A stretch of DNA of 64,000 nt from Mobula hypostoma. Its lineage: Eukaryota. Positions 1-13,227 of the stretch are shown here, piece after piece. The DNA lies in NCBI RefSeq assembly GCF_963921235.1, contig NC_086109.1, positions 35,032,001 through 35,096,000 of the forward strand, written 5' to 3'. Below the pieces are notes generated by a model. The model worked only from the letters and a program-made list of their open reading frames with translations, had not been told where the DNA came from and did not search any database. The position numbers and the translations under genes are program-made. How positions within the stretch are numbered: position 1 is the first letter of the stretch; each line of letters starts with the position of its first letter.

Positions 1-1123
1 TCAATGCTGACATCTCATTAGAATAGTTTATAGATTTATAGGACATTGTAACCAATGTAATAAGGTCACTTGTTAGCAAATAGCTTTATAATGACAATGA
101 AAGGCCTTTTTTTTTGCCCATCTTCCTCAACTTCACAACCCCGGTTCAAGAAAAGACAGTGTTCTGATGCTGGTGTCAGCTTTAATTTCTTATCTGTTCC
201 ATGTCACCCTTGATTACCCTATGGCCTAAATTTTTATTCTTCTCTGAAACTACCAAATCTTGTCAACCTATTCTTGTAGATCTGTCAGCACATTATGTAC
301 ATTCAACTCAAACTTTATAATGGTCTTTTTTTAAAATCAAAGTCTAAATGCAACTAAATGATTTTTATTTTGATTTAAAAAGAATGTGGGAGGACTATAT
401 TTGAATGCAGTTTTATTTCAACCTATTTGGGTATCATTGATCATGATAGACTAGCTGTGATTTTTTTTCTACTGCACAAAATTATCTCAATAAATACTTC
501 ATTATAACATTGATAAGAATAGCATGATGATGTATACTGTAACTGATGTGTAAAATTGAGTTACCTTGAAGATAGATTTCATGCATTCTGTCATTCTCTT
601 TGTGAGACTCTAACCTCAAAGTCACAAGAAGTAGAACTTCTCTGCTTCTGAGAATACTGTCATATAGCTCCTTTGAGAAAATAAAATGACAAATGACATA
701 AATGGAATCATGTAGTGCAAATAATTTACAGAACATAATGCTATAATTATTACAGTGAGTCTGGAAAAGCATTAGTCTAAATAAATATTTTGTTTTTATT
801 GGTCGCAGTTCTGTGTTGATAAAGTAGAGCTTTGAATTGTTAATGAGCAGCAAGACCATCACAGTCTGGTGAGCCAGCAATATGTTCACCAATCTGTCCT
901 GAACCTCATCTCTTCCTGAATCACAATGGGAGGGTATTACTATCTTGGGAACTGGGCATCAGTCCCATTAGTGGAACTGGCTGGGCATTTATACATCTGA
1001 CAAGAGCAAAACACCAAAGCCAAAACTAAGCCTGTACACTGAACATGCTTGCTTCTTATATATTTCCACTTTTCTCCTGAATCAGGTTTGCAAAATTTTT
1101 CTTCATTTTTTTAACCCATGCAA

Positions 1124-2160
1124 TCATCATCATAGCTTGTTACACCAGGCAGCCAGCCACTCCAGAGTTGTTTGGTTGATGTTGAACAGGTCAGTGTCAG
1201 CTGAATCAGGTGAGAGTGGGCAGTTGCGCAGAACATGTTCAAAGTTCTGCACCCTTTCGCCACACTCACAGGATTCGCTGGTCTTTAAACCCCACTTCAC
1301 CATGTTGCCTCCCGTCCTACAAACTCTCGCTCTCGCTCTGTTAAGAGTGCACCACTTCCGTCGGTCAAGCAGTGCCCCGTCTGGTAACATTTCTGTGGGG
1401 TCTTGCACTGTACTGTTTGGTGGGGTTCTGGCTTCTGTTTGTTGCCAGAGGTCAATCCTGTATGTTTGGGGCGATGTCCCGTGCGGTAGTTCCCCTACTG
1501 TAGCAAAGCTTTTCCTCGATTTTAGGTAGTTGGAAACTGGTACATGATGGTACATGAGTGGGTGCCGTGGATCCGAGCTCTGTTAATCTTTTTCAATTTT
1601 TGTTGTAGTGTGTCTTTGGATCTCTGGGGGAGCAATGCCTACAAGTCTGTAAATGATGTTAGTGGGTGTGGGGTGCAGTGTGCCTGTGATTATTTGGCAG
1701 GCTTCGTCTATTTTCTTCACATGGGCTGATCTGCCCCACACAGGTGCACAGTATTCTGCAGGTGCATAGCAGAGTGCTAGGGCAGTTGATCTAAGTGTGT
1801 GAGCATTAGCTCCCCATTTCGTGCCTGCTAATTTTTTCAAGAGAGAATTGTGAGATCCAACTTTCCCTCGGAGTTTTTGGATGTGGGTGGCAAGTGACAA
1901 CGTTGTATCCAGTGTCACGCCAGGTAAATTGGAGTCAGATGGTGTTCGAGCTCCTTCCCACACCAGAAGATCTTGAGTTTCCGAGCTGCTTCTGGATTCC
2001 TCAGGTGGAATGCACACACTTGAGTTTTTGATGGATTTGGGTTCAGAGACCATTTTTCATAATACTGCTTCATTGCTTCAAGGACTGCTATAAATCGTAC
2101 TTCAACTTCTTGGAAGGAGTTAGCTTGTGTTGCTATGCATAGGTCGTTTGCATATCTTAC
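1124..2160 (-). mobile_element. 5'-truncated non-LTR retrotransposon (I/Ingi-Vingi-like), RT C-terminus plus C-terminal Cys/His motif, frameshifted
   Basis: Three overlapping minus ORFs give RYANDLCIAT (decayed YADD), KLAGTKWGANAHTLRSTALALCYAPAEYCAPVW and CECGERVQNFEHVLRNC; (TGA)n tail after the stop. Clade assignment is from motif recall. Confidence 0.75.
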
Positions 2161-2394
2161 AGAGATGAGGATTAAGGGCGGGATGGCAGAAGAAATATTT
2201 GTTGCCCCTCTTCCTAACAAGAATTTTGCATTGGAATTGTGAAAAAAAGAAGACAGCTAGAATTTTTAACTCAGAACCATCATCACGACTAGATTACATG
2301 ATAGAACACAGTTGTGGCTGGTTGATTCAATTCAGGCAGTTGACCACAGGACTGCGGTTTATTTAATGTTTTAGTAATATTTGAGTAATATTCG

Positions 2395-5300
2395 TAGAAA
2401 CATAGAAAATAGGTGCAGGAGTAGGCCATTCGGCCCTTCAAGCCTGCACCGCCATTTATTATGATCATGGCTGATCATCCAACTCAGAACCCTGCACCAG
2501 CCTTCCCTCCATACCCCTTGATCCCTTTAGCCACAAGGGCCATATCTAACTCCCTCTTAAATATAGCCAATGAACTGGCCTCAACTGTTTCCTGTGGTAG
2601 AGAATTCCACAGATTCACCACTCTCTGTGTGAAGAAGTTTTTCCTAATCTCAGTCCTAAAAGGCTTCGCCTTTATCCTCAAACCGTGACCCCTCGTTCTG
2701 GACTTCCCCAACATCGGGAACAATCTTCCTGCATCTAGCCTGTCCAATCCCTTTAGGATTTTATACGTTTCAATCAGATCCCCCCTCAATCTTCTAAATT
2801 CCAACGAGTACAGGCCTAGTTCATCCAGTCTTTCTTCATATGAAAGTCCTGCCATCCCAGGAATCAATCTAGTGAACCTTCTTTGTACTCCCTCTATGGC
2901 AAGGATGTCTTTCCTCAGATTAGGGGACCAAAACTGCACACAATACTCCAGGTGCGGTCTCACCAAGGCCTTGTACAACTGCAGTAGTACCTCCCTGCTC
3001 CTGTACTCGAATCCTCTCGCTATAAATGCCAGCATGCCATTCGCATTTTTCACCGCCTGCTGTACCTGCATGCCCACTTTCAATGACTGGTGTATAATGA
3101 CACCCAGGTCTCGTTGCACCTCCCCTTTTCCTAATCGGCCACCATTCAGATAATAATCTGTTTTCCTATTTTTGCCACCAAAGTGGATAACTTCACATTT
3201 ATCCCACATTAAATGCCATCTGCCATGAATTTGCCCACTCACCCAACCTATCCAAATCACCCTGCATCCTCTTAGCATCCTCCTCACAGCTAACACTGCC
3301 GCCCAGCTTCGTGTCATCCGCAAACTTGGAGATGCTGCATTTAATTCCCTCATCCAAGTCATTAATATATATTGTAAACAACTGGGGTCTCAGCACTGAG
3401 CCTTGCGGTACCCCACTAGTCACTGCCTGCCATTCTGAAAAGGTCCCGTTTATTCCCACTCTTTGCGTCCTGTCTGCTAACCAATTCTCTATCCACATCG
3501 ATACCTTACCCCCAATACCGTGTGCTTTAAGTTTGCACACTAATCTCCTGTGTGGGACCTTGTCAAAAGCCTTTTGAAAATTCAAATATACCACATCCAC
3601 TGGTTCTCCCCTATCCACTCTACAAGTTACATCCTCAAAAAATTCTATGAGATTCGTCAGACATGATTTCCTTTCACAAATCCATGCTGACTTTGTCCAA
3701 TGATTTCACCGCTTTCCAAATGTGCTGTTATCACATCTTTGATAACTGACTCCAGCAGTTTCTCCACCACCGACGTTAGGCTAACCGGTCTATAATTCCC
3801 CGGTTTCTCTCTCCCTCCTTTTTTAAAAAGTGTGGTTACATTAGCCACCCTCCAATTCTCAGGAACTAGTCCAGAATCTAACGAGTTTTGAAAAATTATC
3901 ACTAATGCATCCACTATTTCTTGGGCTACTTCCTTAAGCACTCTGGGATGCAGACCATCTGGCCCTGGGGATTTATCTGCCTTTAATCCCTTCAATTTAC
4001 CTAACACCACTTCCCTACTAACATGTATTTCCCTCAGTTCCTCCATCTCACTGGACCCTCTGTCCCCTACTATTTCTTGAAGATTATTTATGTCCTCCTT
4101 AGTGAAGACAGAACCAAAGTAATTATTCAATTGGTTTTCCATGTCCTTGCTCCCCATTATCAATTCACCTGTTTCTGTCTGTAGGGGACCTACATTTGTC
4201 TTTACCAGTCTTTTCCTTTTTACATATCTATAAAAGCTTTTACAGTCAGTTTTTATGTTCCCTGCCGGTTTTCTCTCATAATCTTTTTTCCCCTTCCTAA
4301 TTAAGCCCTTTGTCCTTCTCTGCTGAACTCTGAATTTCTCCCAGTCCTCAGGCGAGCCACTTTTTCTGGCTAATTTGTATGCTTCTTCTTTGGAATTGAT
4401 ACTATCCCTAATTTCTCTTGTCAGCCACGGGTGCACTATCTTCCTTGATTTATTCTTTTGCCAAACTGGGATGAACAATTGTTGTAGTTCATCCATGGAA
4501 TCTTTAAATGCTTGCCATTGCATATCCACCGTCAATCCTTTAAGTGTCATTTGCCAGTCTATCTTAGCTAATTCACGTCTCATATCTTCAAAATTACCCC
4601 TCTTTAAATTAAGAACCTTTGTTTCTGAATTAACTATGTCACTCTCCATCTTAATGAAAAATTCCACCATATTATGGTCACTCTTACCCAAGGGGCCTCT
4701 CACAACAAGATTGCTAATTAACCCTTCCTCATTGCTCAAAACCCAGTCTAGAATAGCCTGCTCTCTAGTTGGTTCCTCGACATGTTGGTTCAAAAAATCA
4801 TCCCGCATACATTCCAAGAAATCCTCTTCCTCAGCACCTTTACCAATTTGGTTCACCCAATGTACATGTAGGTTGAAGTCACCCATTATAACTGCTGTTC
4901 CTTTATTGCACACATTTCTAATTTCCTGTTTAATACCATCCCCGCCCTCACTACTACTGTTAGGTGGCCTGTACACAACTCCCACCAGTGTTTTCTGCCC
5001 CTTAGTGTTATGCAGCTCTACCCATATCGGCTCCACATCTTCCCGGCTTATGTCTTTCCTTTCTATTGCATTAATCTCCTCTTTAACCAGCAACGCCACC
5101 CCACCTCCTTTTCTTTCATGTCTATCCCTCCTGAATATTGAATATCCCTGAACGTTGAGCTCCCATCCTTGGTCACCCCGGAGCCATGTCTCTGTGATCC
5201 CAACTATATCATAATCATTAATAACAATCTGCACTTTCAATTCATCCACCTTGTTACGAATGCTCCTGGCATTGACACACAAAGCCTTCAGGCGCTCTTT

Positions 5301-5894
5301 TACAACTCTCTTAGCCCTTATACAATTATGTTGAAAAGTGGCCCTTTTTGATGCTTGCCTGGATTTGTCGGCCTACCACTTTTACTTTTCTCCTTTGTAC
5401 TTTTTGCTTCTACCCTCACTTTACACCCCTCTGTCTCTCTGCACTGGTTCCCATCCCTCTGTTGTGAACTAACCTCCTCTCACCTAGCCTCTTTAATTTG
5501 ATTCCCACCCCCGAACCATTCTAGTTTAAAGTCACCTCAGTTGCCCGCGCTAATCTCCCTGCCAGGATATTGGTCCCCCTAGGATTCAAGTGTAACCCGT
5601 CCTTTTTGTACAGGTCACGCCTGCGCCAAAAGAGGTCCCAATGATCCAAAAACTTGAATCCCTGCCTCCTGCTCCAATCCCTCAGCCACGCATTTATCCT
5701 CCACCTCATCGCATTCCTACTCTCACTGTCGCGTGGTACAGGCAATAATCCCGAGATTACTACTTTTGCGGTCCTTTTTCTCAACTCCCTTCCTTGCTCC
5801 CTATTTTCTCCTTTCAGGACCTCTTCCCTTTTCCTACCTATGTCATTGGTACCTATATGTACCACGACTTCTGGCTCCTCACCTTCCCACTTCA
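2395..5894 (-). mobile_element. CR1 LINE, near full ORF2 (APE endonuclease + RT) plus 3' part of ORF1; 5'-truncated, two frameshifts
   Basis: ORFs 3657-5282, 3199-3618 and 2484-3362 give VGITETWL, GDFN, SDH, PGPDG, NYRPVSLTS, GVPQGSVL, FADDTKL, RPHLEYCVQFW; CR1-type (TTCTATGT)-like tail at about 2395-2407. Confidence 0.97.
3657..5282 (-). pseudogene. CR1 ORF2, endonuclease and RT N-terminal segment (continues by frameshift to 2484)
   Basis: 541-aa ORF with APE motifs and the CR1 RT N-terminus. Confidence 0.92.
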
Positions 5895-5895
5895 A
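5521..5895 (-). pseudogene. CR1 ORF1 C-terminal SGNH/GDSL esterase domain fragment
   Basis: VVVHIGTND and DGLHLN blocks typical of esterase-type LINE ORF1p. Confidence 0.88.
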
Positions 5896-6234
5896 AATAT
5901 ATTATTTGATTAATCTTTCTTTGCAGTTTAAATAAATTATTACAGGTTATATGTAAAAGTATGTGAATTGCATACATAATTACACCACCACATCAAAAGC
6001 GCGCACCTCACTAGAGTGAAGAATGATGTAGCCTTGTTATTCAAGGCTTCGTCTTTTTCTTTCAGTTAGTTGCATGATTTGGAGCTAGAAAATGTAACAA
6101 GATCCTTCAGCAATGGCTCTAATCTGTTCTCTGTTTCTGAAATTCTCTTTCTGTTTCTACTTCTAAATGTGGTATGTCTGCCTTTCAATTTGTTCCTGAT
6201 GGAAGTAGACTGTATTCTGGTTACCTCCCAAATT

Positions 6235-6348
6235 CTTATTCTGGTATCTTCCCCCTTCCTTCCCAGTGCTGATGAAGGTTCATGGCTCTTTCTTCCTTTC
6301 CATTGATGCTGCCTGACCTGCTGAGTTTCTCCAGCATTTTGTGTGTCT
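6235..6348 (+). repeat. Penelope-like 3' tail fragment
   Basis: ctgatgaagg ... gatgctgcctgacctgctgagtttctccagcattttgtgtgt, shared with the other Penelope tails in the window. Confidence 0.7.
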
Positions 6349-6519
6349 TACTCGTGAAATTGTACCAGTCTTTTCCATGTCTTCATTCACCACAATACGA
6401 ACCCCATTACATGTTATAATATTTAAACTTTTAAATAATTCACAGTACAATAGGCCCTGCATTGTATTGAAAGAAGTGAATGATGTATGAATTAAAATGC
6501 GGTTAAACTGGTAAGAGTG

Positions 6520-6900
6520 CTGAGAAGAGTTATGAGGATGTTGCCAGAGCAAGAGGGCCTGAGTTATGGGGAGAGATTGGCCAGGTTAGGTCTTTATTAT
6601 TTGCAATATTGGAGAACAAGGAGCAAATTTACAGAAGTGTTTAAAATTATGAAGAACATAGATGGATGGTAACAGTCTTCTCACTAGGATAGAATGGTCG
6701 AGAGGATGATAAATATATGGAATGAGCTACCAGAGGAAGTGGTTGAAGCCAGGCATGATAGTGCCACTTTAGTATCATTTTAAACTTAGGTAGGTATGTG
6801 AGGGAGAGGAGTAGAGATAGGGATATGATCCAAATGCAAGAAATTGGGACAGGCTGGGTGGGCAGCATAGAGTAGATGGGCTGAAGGGCCTGTATCCTTG
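6520..6900 (+). mobile_element. Decayed CR1 3' fragment
   Basis: Similar to the CR1 ORF2 end and 3'UTR (gaggatgttgccag...gaagggcctgtatcc). Confidence 0.65.
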
Positions 6901-7634
6901 CAACATTCGCAGCCCCACAAACCGAATTCAAAGAATGTGGCTTCCTAGCAAGCATGTTCCTAGAGCCTCTTGGACTTCTATCACTGTCCCCTTGCATTTT
7001 CTGTTCTTATGCATACTGTATGTTGCTATTGTTACAGGATACATGATACAAACCAATACTTAAGGATGACCGCAAGCTAGCTTTTCCCATTTTCCTCCAC
7101 CCTCACTTTTTTCCTTTTCCTCTCATTTCTCTTGTTGCCTGTTCCTCTTTTCATTTTCTTATCCCATTTTCCCCATTTATCTCTTCAACTGCAGCTATTA
7201 CCTTTCCCTTTGCCCTATTCCAGTTTCCCTTTCCACATTGCCCCTCCATTATCTCATTTTGGTTGCAATATGGCACCTTGACTTCGCATGCTCAACTTCA
7301 AAAAAATTCTACTGTTTCCAAAAAACATATACGGACGTATCCTAAAGTCTCAGGGAGGGGAATGGGGAGGTAATAAAGCTCATGAACATTAGGAATAGAA
7401 TCTCACAGAAAAGAATAAGGATGTGTGAAGTTCAGGATACAGTACCTTTATGAGACATTACAAGATCATGTATAAGCTGGACAAAAGAAAAAACAATTAG
7501 GGCTGAATATGACATATAAAAAGTCTTTAAATATATACACAAATGCAATTCAAACAACAGAATTCAGAAATGATTATGACATTATTTTGGAATTTATTAC
7601 ATTAGAGCTTAATTTCACTCTTTCTGGTAGAAAA

Positions 7635-7980
7635 AAATACCTTTCCCCTCCCCTTTTCTTCTATTCCCCACTCTGGCCTCTAACTACTTCTCACCTGCCC
7701 TTCACCTCCCCCTGGGTCCCCTCCACCTTCCCTTTTTCCTATGGTCCACTCTCCTCTCCTATCAGGTTCCTTCCTCTCCAACCGTTTGCCTTTCCTACGC
7801 ATCTGGCTTCACCAATCACCTTCTAGCTATCCTCCTTCCCCTCCTACTCCCCTCCTTTTTATTCTGGCATTTTCTCCCCTCCTTTCCAGTCCTGGAGAAT
7901 GGTCTCGGCCCGAAACATCAACTGTTTATTCATTTCCATTGATGCTGCCTCGCTCTCTAAGTTCCTCCAGCATTTTGTGG
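7635..7980 (+). mobile_element. Penelope-like 3' UTR/tail with mutated hammerhead motif
   Basis: Pyrimidine-rich UTR followed by cagtcctggagaatggtctcggcccgaaacatcaactg and gatgctgcc...ccagcattttgtg. Confidence 0.75.
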
Positions 7981-10052
7981 GATAACTAACATGACTTAAT
8001 TTCATTCTGTTTAATATAAGTTGAAAAAAAATTACATTTTGTGAAATGTTATTTGCATAGATTGCTAGTAACCAGTACAATTTTTGATATTCCCAATACT
8101 GATAACTGCTGAAGAAGGATGACTCCCTGATGCATTTCATACTTTTTTGTTTAAGTTATATCATTGCTTGGTAGAGGTAATAAAATTATCATGTACTGCT
8201 ATATCCACACTGCTGGTTGCAAATTCTGTTGTGCAAGCTGGGATCTAATGGGATGTTTAATTGCACCATTTCTGCATTTGCTGTGATGCTCTGGAATGTC
8301 TAATGATTCTAGTCATCAGGTTCATATATTACTGCGGTTGACAATTTTGTAAAATCTGTTTGCAGTCACTGTTTAGTCATGAATAAAAAGTGCATTTTGT
8401 GTTATAGAGTAACAGATCTTGCCAGTTAAGTCATTTCAATAGTATGTGTAGTAGCCCTTAGATTAGATGATCCAGAGTTTTCTGGTGTTAATTACTTTTC
8501 ACTTCATGGTACATTTAAGAAAAAGTAATCTTTGCATGTAATATGTACACATTTTGAAAGTGCACTTGTCAGCATAAGTAAGTGTGTGAAGACAATCATT
8601 TTAAGAAGTTCAAAGGTTATTAATTGGAAAACCTTTTCATCTTGCCCTTTGCTTTAATTAACATTGCGAAAGCTACAATGCAAACTGTTGAACCAACCCA
8701 AGAATGGAAAACTGAATATGCATTATAGTGCTAACAATCCTGCCCAGCAAGTCAACCGATCACATCCACCAGTGACTTTCCTTAAAAGTAACCCACCTGT
8801 CCATTGAAATGTTTGCGAAGAAAAGGAATTTCAGGATGTATATTGTATACATTTCTCTGACATTAAGTGTACCTATTGAACCTACTACCATAACAATGTT
8901 ATCCATTTACATCCAATGACTCAATGTTCCTACCAAAATTACAATGCTGAATCTCAATCTGTCATCAGACGTGAGTATTTGGCCGTACCCTGCAGTGAAT
9001 TATTTCAAAAGGCAATGAGGAAACAAAGACAGGTTTTTGAGAATTGATGCAGCCTGCATCTCGCAGGGTTCTGTTGGACTATAATGGAATTTCCAACCCA
9101 CGTAGATAAAAATGAAAATGACCCCATTAGTTGAAATATACTGAATAATATATGCAATAAAACATCTATAATTAATGCAGCTTGCAATTAACTTTCAGAT
9201 GCACAATACTCTGAGTATTAAAATGGACCTGTAGTCTGTTCATTAAGCAATGTGTAAGTGCCTGATATATGTGGCTGACAAACGATATTAGGTGACATTC
9301 TTAAGGAAAGAATGGTCAAGATCTTGGCAGCAATAAAACAAGAGGATGACTTTAACAGCAGTAAAGAAGTAAATAAATTTTGCCAAAGTGAATTACAGTT
9401 TCTAATATAATTCTGATAGGGCAAAGTTCATCCTCACAGATATTTTGAGGTATTATTTTAACTGGAACATTTATTATAGTTGGAAACAGGATGTTCAGCT
9501 GCCATTATCCAGCTGAGGAAATTGATCCTGGTATAATGTAAGTGTCTGGTGAATTTTACACATTTTGAGTTCATGGTCAAAAGGAAAGAAAAGGTCATTT
9601 CTAAGGCTTCCTTGTGATGCCTTAAGGGAAAATTCTGGCTGGCAAAGGTAGGCAAGGGAACTTCAAAAAAAAGCAAGTGTCATCTTGGCCTCTATTGGAC
9701 ACAATCCTGCGTATTGCTCACTTGCTTTTTTTTTGCTCAAGAAGTAAGTGTCAATACTGCAATATATGGTCCAGATTCCATCATCTGATCCTTTAGCATA
9801 AGTATGGACATATATATTTGAAATAATAAATCTGATGTTAATAGATATATAGCAGTTGAAGGAGCAATGTGTAAGAATTCATGAGAAAGGCAGCATCAAC
9901 TGCTTGGCAGTCTACATAATCTCTCTCCATTCTTGTCAAAGAACAAAGGTTTACACCTGCCTTTCATGCATGATTGGCCCAGTTTATTTTCTCTATAGTA
10001 TATAGAAAACTCTGTGATCTCAAATGGACAAATATTTTAAATGCATTAGAGC

Positions 10053-10866
10053 AACACATACAAAAAATGCTGGTGAACACAGCAGGCCAGGCAGCACCTA
10101 TAGGAAGAGATACAGTCGACGTTTCGGGCTGAGACCCTTCATCAGGACTAATTGAAAGAAGAGATAGCAAGAGATTTGAAAGTGGGAGGGGGAGGGGGAG
10201 ATCGGAAATCATAGGAGAAGACAGGATGGGGAGGGATGGAGCTAAGAGCTGGAAAGTTGATTGGCAAAAGGGATACAAGGCTGGAGAAGGGAGAGGATCA
10301 TGGGATGGGAGGCCTAGGGAGAAAGAAATGGGGGGGTGGAATTCCAGAGAATGGGCAGGGAGTTATAGTGAGAAGGACAGAGGGAGAAAAAAGAGAGGAA
10401 AAAAGGGGAAAGAAAAAGAAATAAATGAATAAGAGATGGAGTACGAAGGAGAGGTGGGGCATTAACAGAAGTTAGAGAAGTCAACGTTCATGCCAAAAGG
10501 TTGGAGGCTACCCAGGCGGAATATAAGGTGTTGTTTCTCCAACCTGAGTGTGGCTTCATCTTGACAATAGAGGAGGCCGTGGATAGACATATCAGAATGG
10601 GAAATAGGACGTGGAATTAAAATGTGTGGCCACTGGGAGATCCTGCTTTCTCTGGCAGACAGAGTGTAGGTGTTCAGCGAAACAGTCTCCCAGCCTGTGT
10701 CGGGTCTCGCCAATATATAGAAGGCTGCTTCGGGAGCACCGGACGCAGTATATCACCCCAGTCGACTCACAGGTGAAGTGTCGCCTCATCTGGAAGGACT
10801 GTCTGGGGCCCTGAATGGTGGTAAGGGAGGAAGTGTAGGCGCATGTGTAGCACCTGTTCCGCTTGC
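10053..10866 (-). mobile_element. Penelope-like element 3' fragment with GIY-YIG endonuclease and tail
   Basis: FTCESTGVIYCVRCSRSSLLYIGETRHRLGDCFAEH (GIY-YIG), LPVATHFN, EKQHLIFRLGSLQPFGMN; purine-rich UTR on + strand. Confidence 0.9.
10113..10150 (-). ncRNA. Minimal type I hammerhead ribozyme motif in Penelope tail
   Basis: Minus strand reads UAGUC-CUGAUGA-A-GGGU(CUCA)GCCC-GAAAC-GUC-GACUG: stem I, intact catalytic core, stem II, palindromic ACGU stem III and GUC triplet. Confidence 0.8.
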
Positions 10867-11682
10867 ATTACGTTTGTTGTGTTGAATTCCAAATGTTATT
10901 ATATTTGTTATTTCTTTCGAACATGCATTCTGAATTAAGAGCCCATTTCAACTGTACAGATGCAACAACGCTATTAAGCTTTTATTGTTCTATAAATCAT
11001 TCAAGCCCAGCGTAGGAGTGTCAGGTGCCAGATAGGGAAGAAAATGTCCAATTTGCTAACATGTTTAAAAGGCCAGCATTCAGCTTTTATTAGAATGATT
11101 TCCATTCTGTTTTATTTCAGAGAAGTTGACAAGTTTTCAAGATGCATCAAATTATGCTTTTCGATCTCCATGAAGTTTTCTATCATCTTTACTCATTCTT
11201 GCATTTGTTTAGCCTTGTAGTAAATCACTAGAATAGAATTCTGGTATATATCTGACCCTCCATGTCTACCAAAACCTGCTTTCAACATCCAATGTAAGGA
11301 GGCAAGTGATTCTTCAATAGAATTCTACTGCTGCACCAACATCCCGTGTAACACATTTCCTGTAGGAATTGTATTGCATTCAGGTCCTAAAGCATTTTCC
11401 CTCTCATTATCCACTATAGTTACTATTCCTTCATTCACTCTGCTTGATAATTCACCTTCTGTCCCCTTTTCAGTCTCATTAAAGACTTCTCCTTTTCATT
11501 GTCAATTTTGATATACAGATACTGCTGCTTTGATAAATGCCCTTGGATAAAATCTGGTGGCCGGCATCTTATTCTGCAAAGGTACCGACTGCAATGAGAA
11601 TTAGCTGGTTCTGATTTTAACCTGCTCTTGACTGGTGTGGAGGATACATGCTGGGAATAGGCAGAGTCCTTTACTCAGTAAA

Positions 11683-12385
11683 ACACCCACAAAATGCTGG
11701 TGGAACTTACCATCTATGGAAGTCAATAAACAGTCGATGTTTCAGAACCTTCTTCAGGACTGGGAAGCAAAGAGGAGATGCAAGAAGAAGGGGAAGGGAA
11801 AAGAGGATCAACTAGAGGGTGATAGGTGAAGGCAGGTGGGTGGGAAAGGTAAAGGGCTGGAGAAGTAGGAATATGATAGTAGGGATAGAGGATCACAGGA
11901 GAAAAGAAAAAGGAAGGGAACCAGGGCGGGGTGATAGGCAGGTGCGTAGAAGAGGTAAGAGGTCATAGTGGGGAATTGTAGAAGTGGGAAGTGGGAGGGA
12001 AAAATTTACCAAAAAGAGAAATACGATGTTCATGCCATCCGGTTTTGGAAGCTAACCTGATGGAATATGAGTTGTTGCTCCTCAGGCCTGAGAGTAGCCA
12101 CATCATGGCAAATGATGAGGCCATGGACTGACATGTCGGAACTGGAATGGGGATAGGAATTGAAATGGTCCACCACCTGGAAATTCTACTTTTAGCAGAT
12201 GAAGCAGTGGTGCTCAACAAAGCAGTCCTCCAGTTCATACCAGGTCTCACCATTGTAGAGGAGGCCAGATACAAGAGACAATCCCAAGTAATTTGCAGGT
12301 AAAGTGTTCACCTTGCTCCACCTGCAAGGACAGTTTGGTGCCTTGAATGGAGGTAAGGGGGAAGTGGATGGGCAGGTGTAGATCT
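11683..12385 (-). mobile_element. Decayed Penelope-like 3' fragment (continues at 13188-13227 and 18229-18345)
   Basis: Homologous to 10053-10866; later flanks match the Penelope sequence at 33090-33190. Confidence 0.75.
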
Positions 12386-12391
12386 TGTGGT

Positions 12392-13187
12392 TTAAGATGG
12401 CACTGGTGAAGCACAGCGACTACTTGCTGGCAGCATACCTTACAGAGTTGGACTTTTGAACTGTGTGTACCTGGCATTTTTGTAGTGTGAACAGAAGTGT
12501 TGAAGTTGCAGACAGGCCAGGCCAGATTGAAAAGGTCAGGAAGCAGGATGCATCAGGTCATATTTAAAGGTGTCAAGGTGTCAGGGCACCTCCACTCCAT
12601 TCACTTGAAGTAGAATTTTCAGGTGGCAAACTACTTTAATTCCTATCCCCACTCCCGTTCTGATATGTCAGTCCATGGCCCCCTCTTTTGCTATGATGTG
12701 GCCACTCTCATGGTAGAGGAGCAACACCTCATATTCCATCTAGGTAACCTCCTACCTGATGGCATGAACATTGATTTCTCCTTTTGGTAATATTTTTTTC
12801 CCGCCAGGACAGGTCAGGCCATATTGAAAAGGAGCAGGTGCAGGAAGCGCCAGGCCAGGTTGAAAAGATCAGGGTATCAGGGCCAAAGGAGAGGGACAGG
12901 CCAATGTTTAGCTTACTGTTCGTAAGGTTTACTCACCTCGGCAGTGAATTGAGGCTGTGGCCTGCAATCAACAAGCTTCTGGACCAACTGCAGTGATGAA
13001 CTGGCTTTGTGGCTGTGAACTTACTTTCAGTTCTGAATGTTATTTGCTTACTGTGATTGTTTTTCTCTGTACTTTGGGTGTTTGATGGTCTTTTTTTATT
13101 GGTTTCTATTGGCTTTCTTTGTTTTGTGGTTGCCTATAAGGAGAAGAATATCAAGCTTGTGTATTGTATACAAACATTGATAATAAT
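12392..13187 (+). mobile_element. Non-autonomous Rex/Babar-like remnant, interrupted by an inverted Penelope piece (about 12580-12800)
   Basis: 5' aagatggcactgg start and 3' tail (gaagaatatcaagcttgtgtattgtataca) similar to tails at 8820-8885 and 61890-61940. Confidence 0.45.
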
Positions 13188-13227
13188 TGCAAGGAGTTGC
13201 CAGGGGAGAGACTGGTGGTGAGGAGTG

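Larger units (their letters stand above)
2353..6099 (+). mobile_element. Old Gypsy-type solo LTR split in two (about 2353-2394 and 5895-6099) by the CR1 insertion
   Basis: Both halves match the reverse complement of the LTR at 57509-57745 (aatatttgagtaat; ggttatatgtaaaa.tatgt.aattgcata); ends TGTAACA at 6099. Confidence 0.6.

Noticed and set aside
482..892. 136-aa minus ORF and similar short hydrophobic ORFs in AT-rich regions
   Set aside because: No motifs, splice context or coding-like composition; expected by chance.
4375..5151. 258-aa plus-strand ORF
   Set aside because: Antisense shadow of CR1 ORF2.
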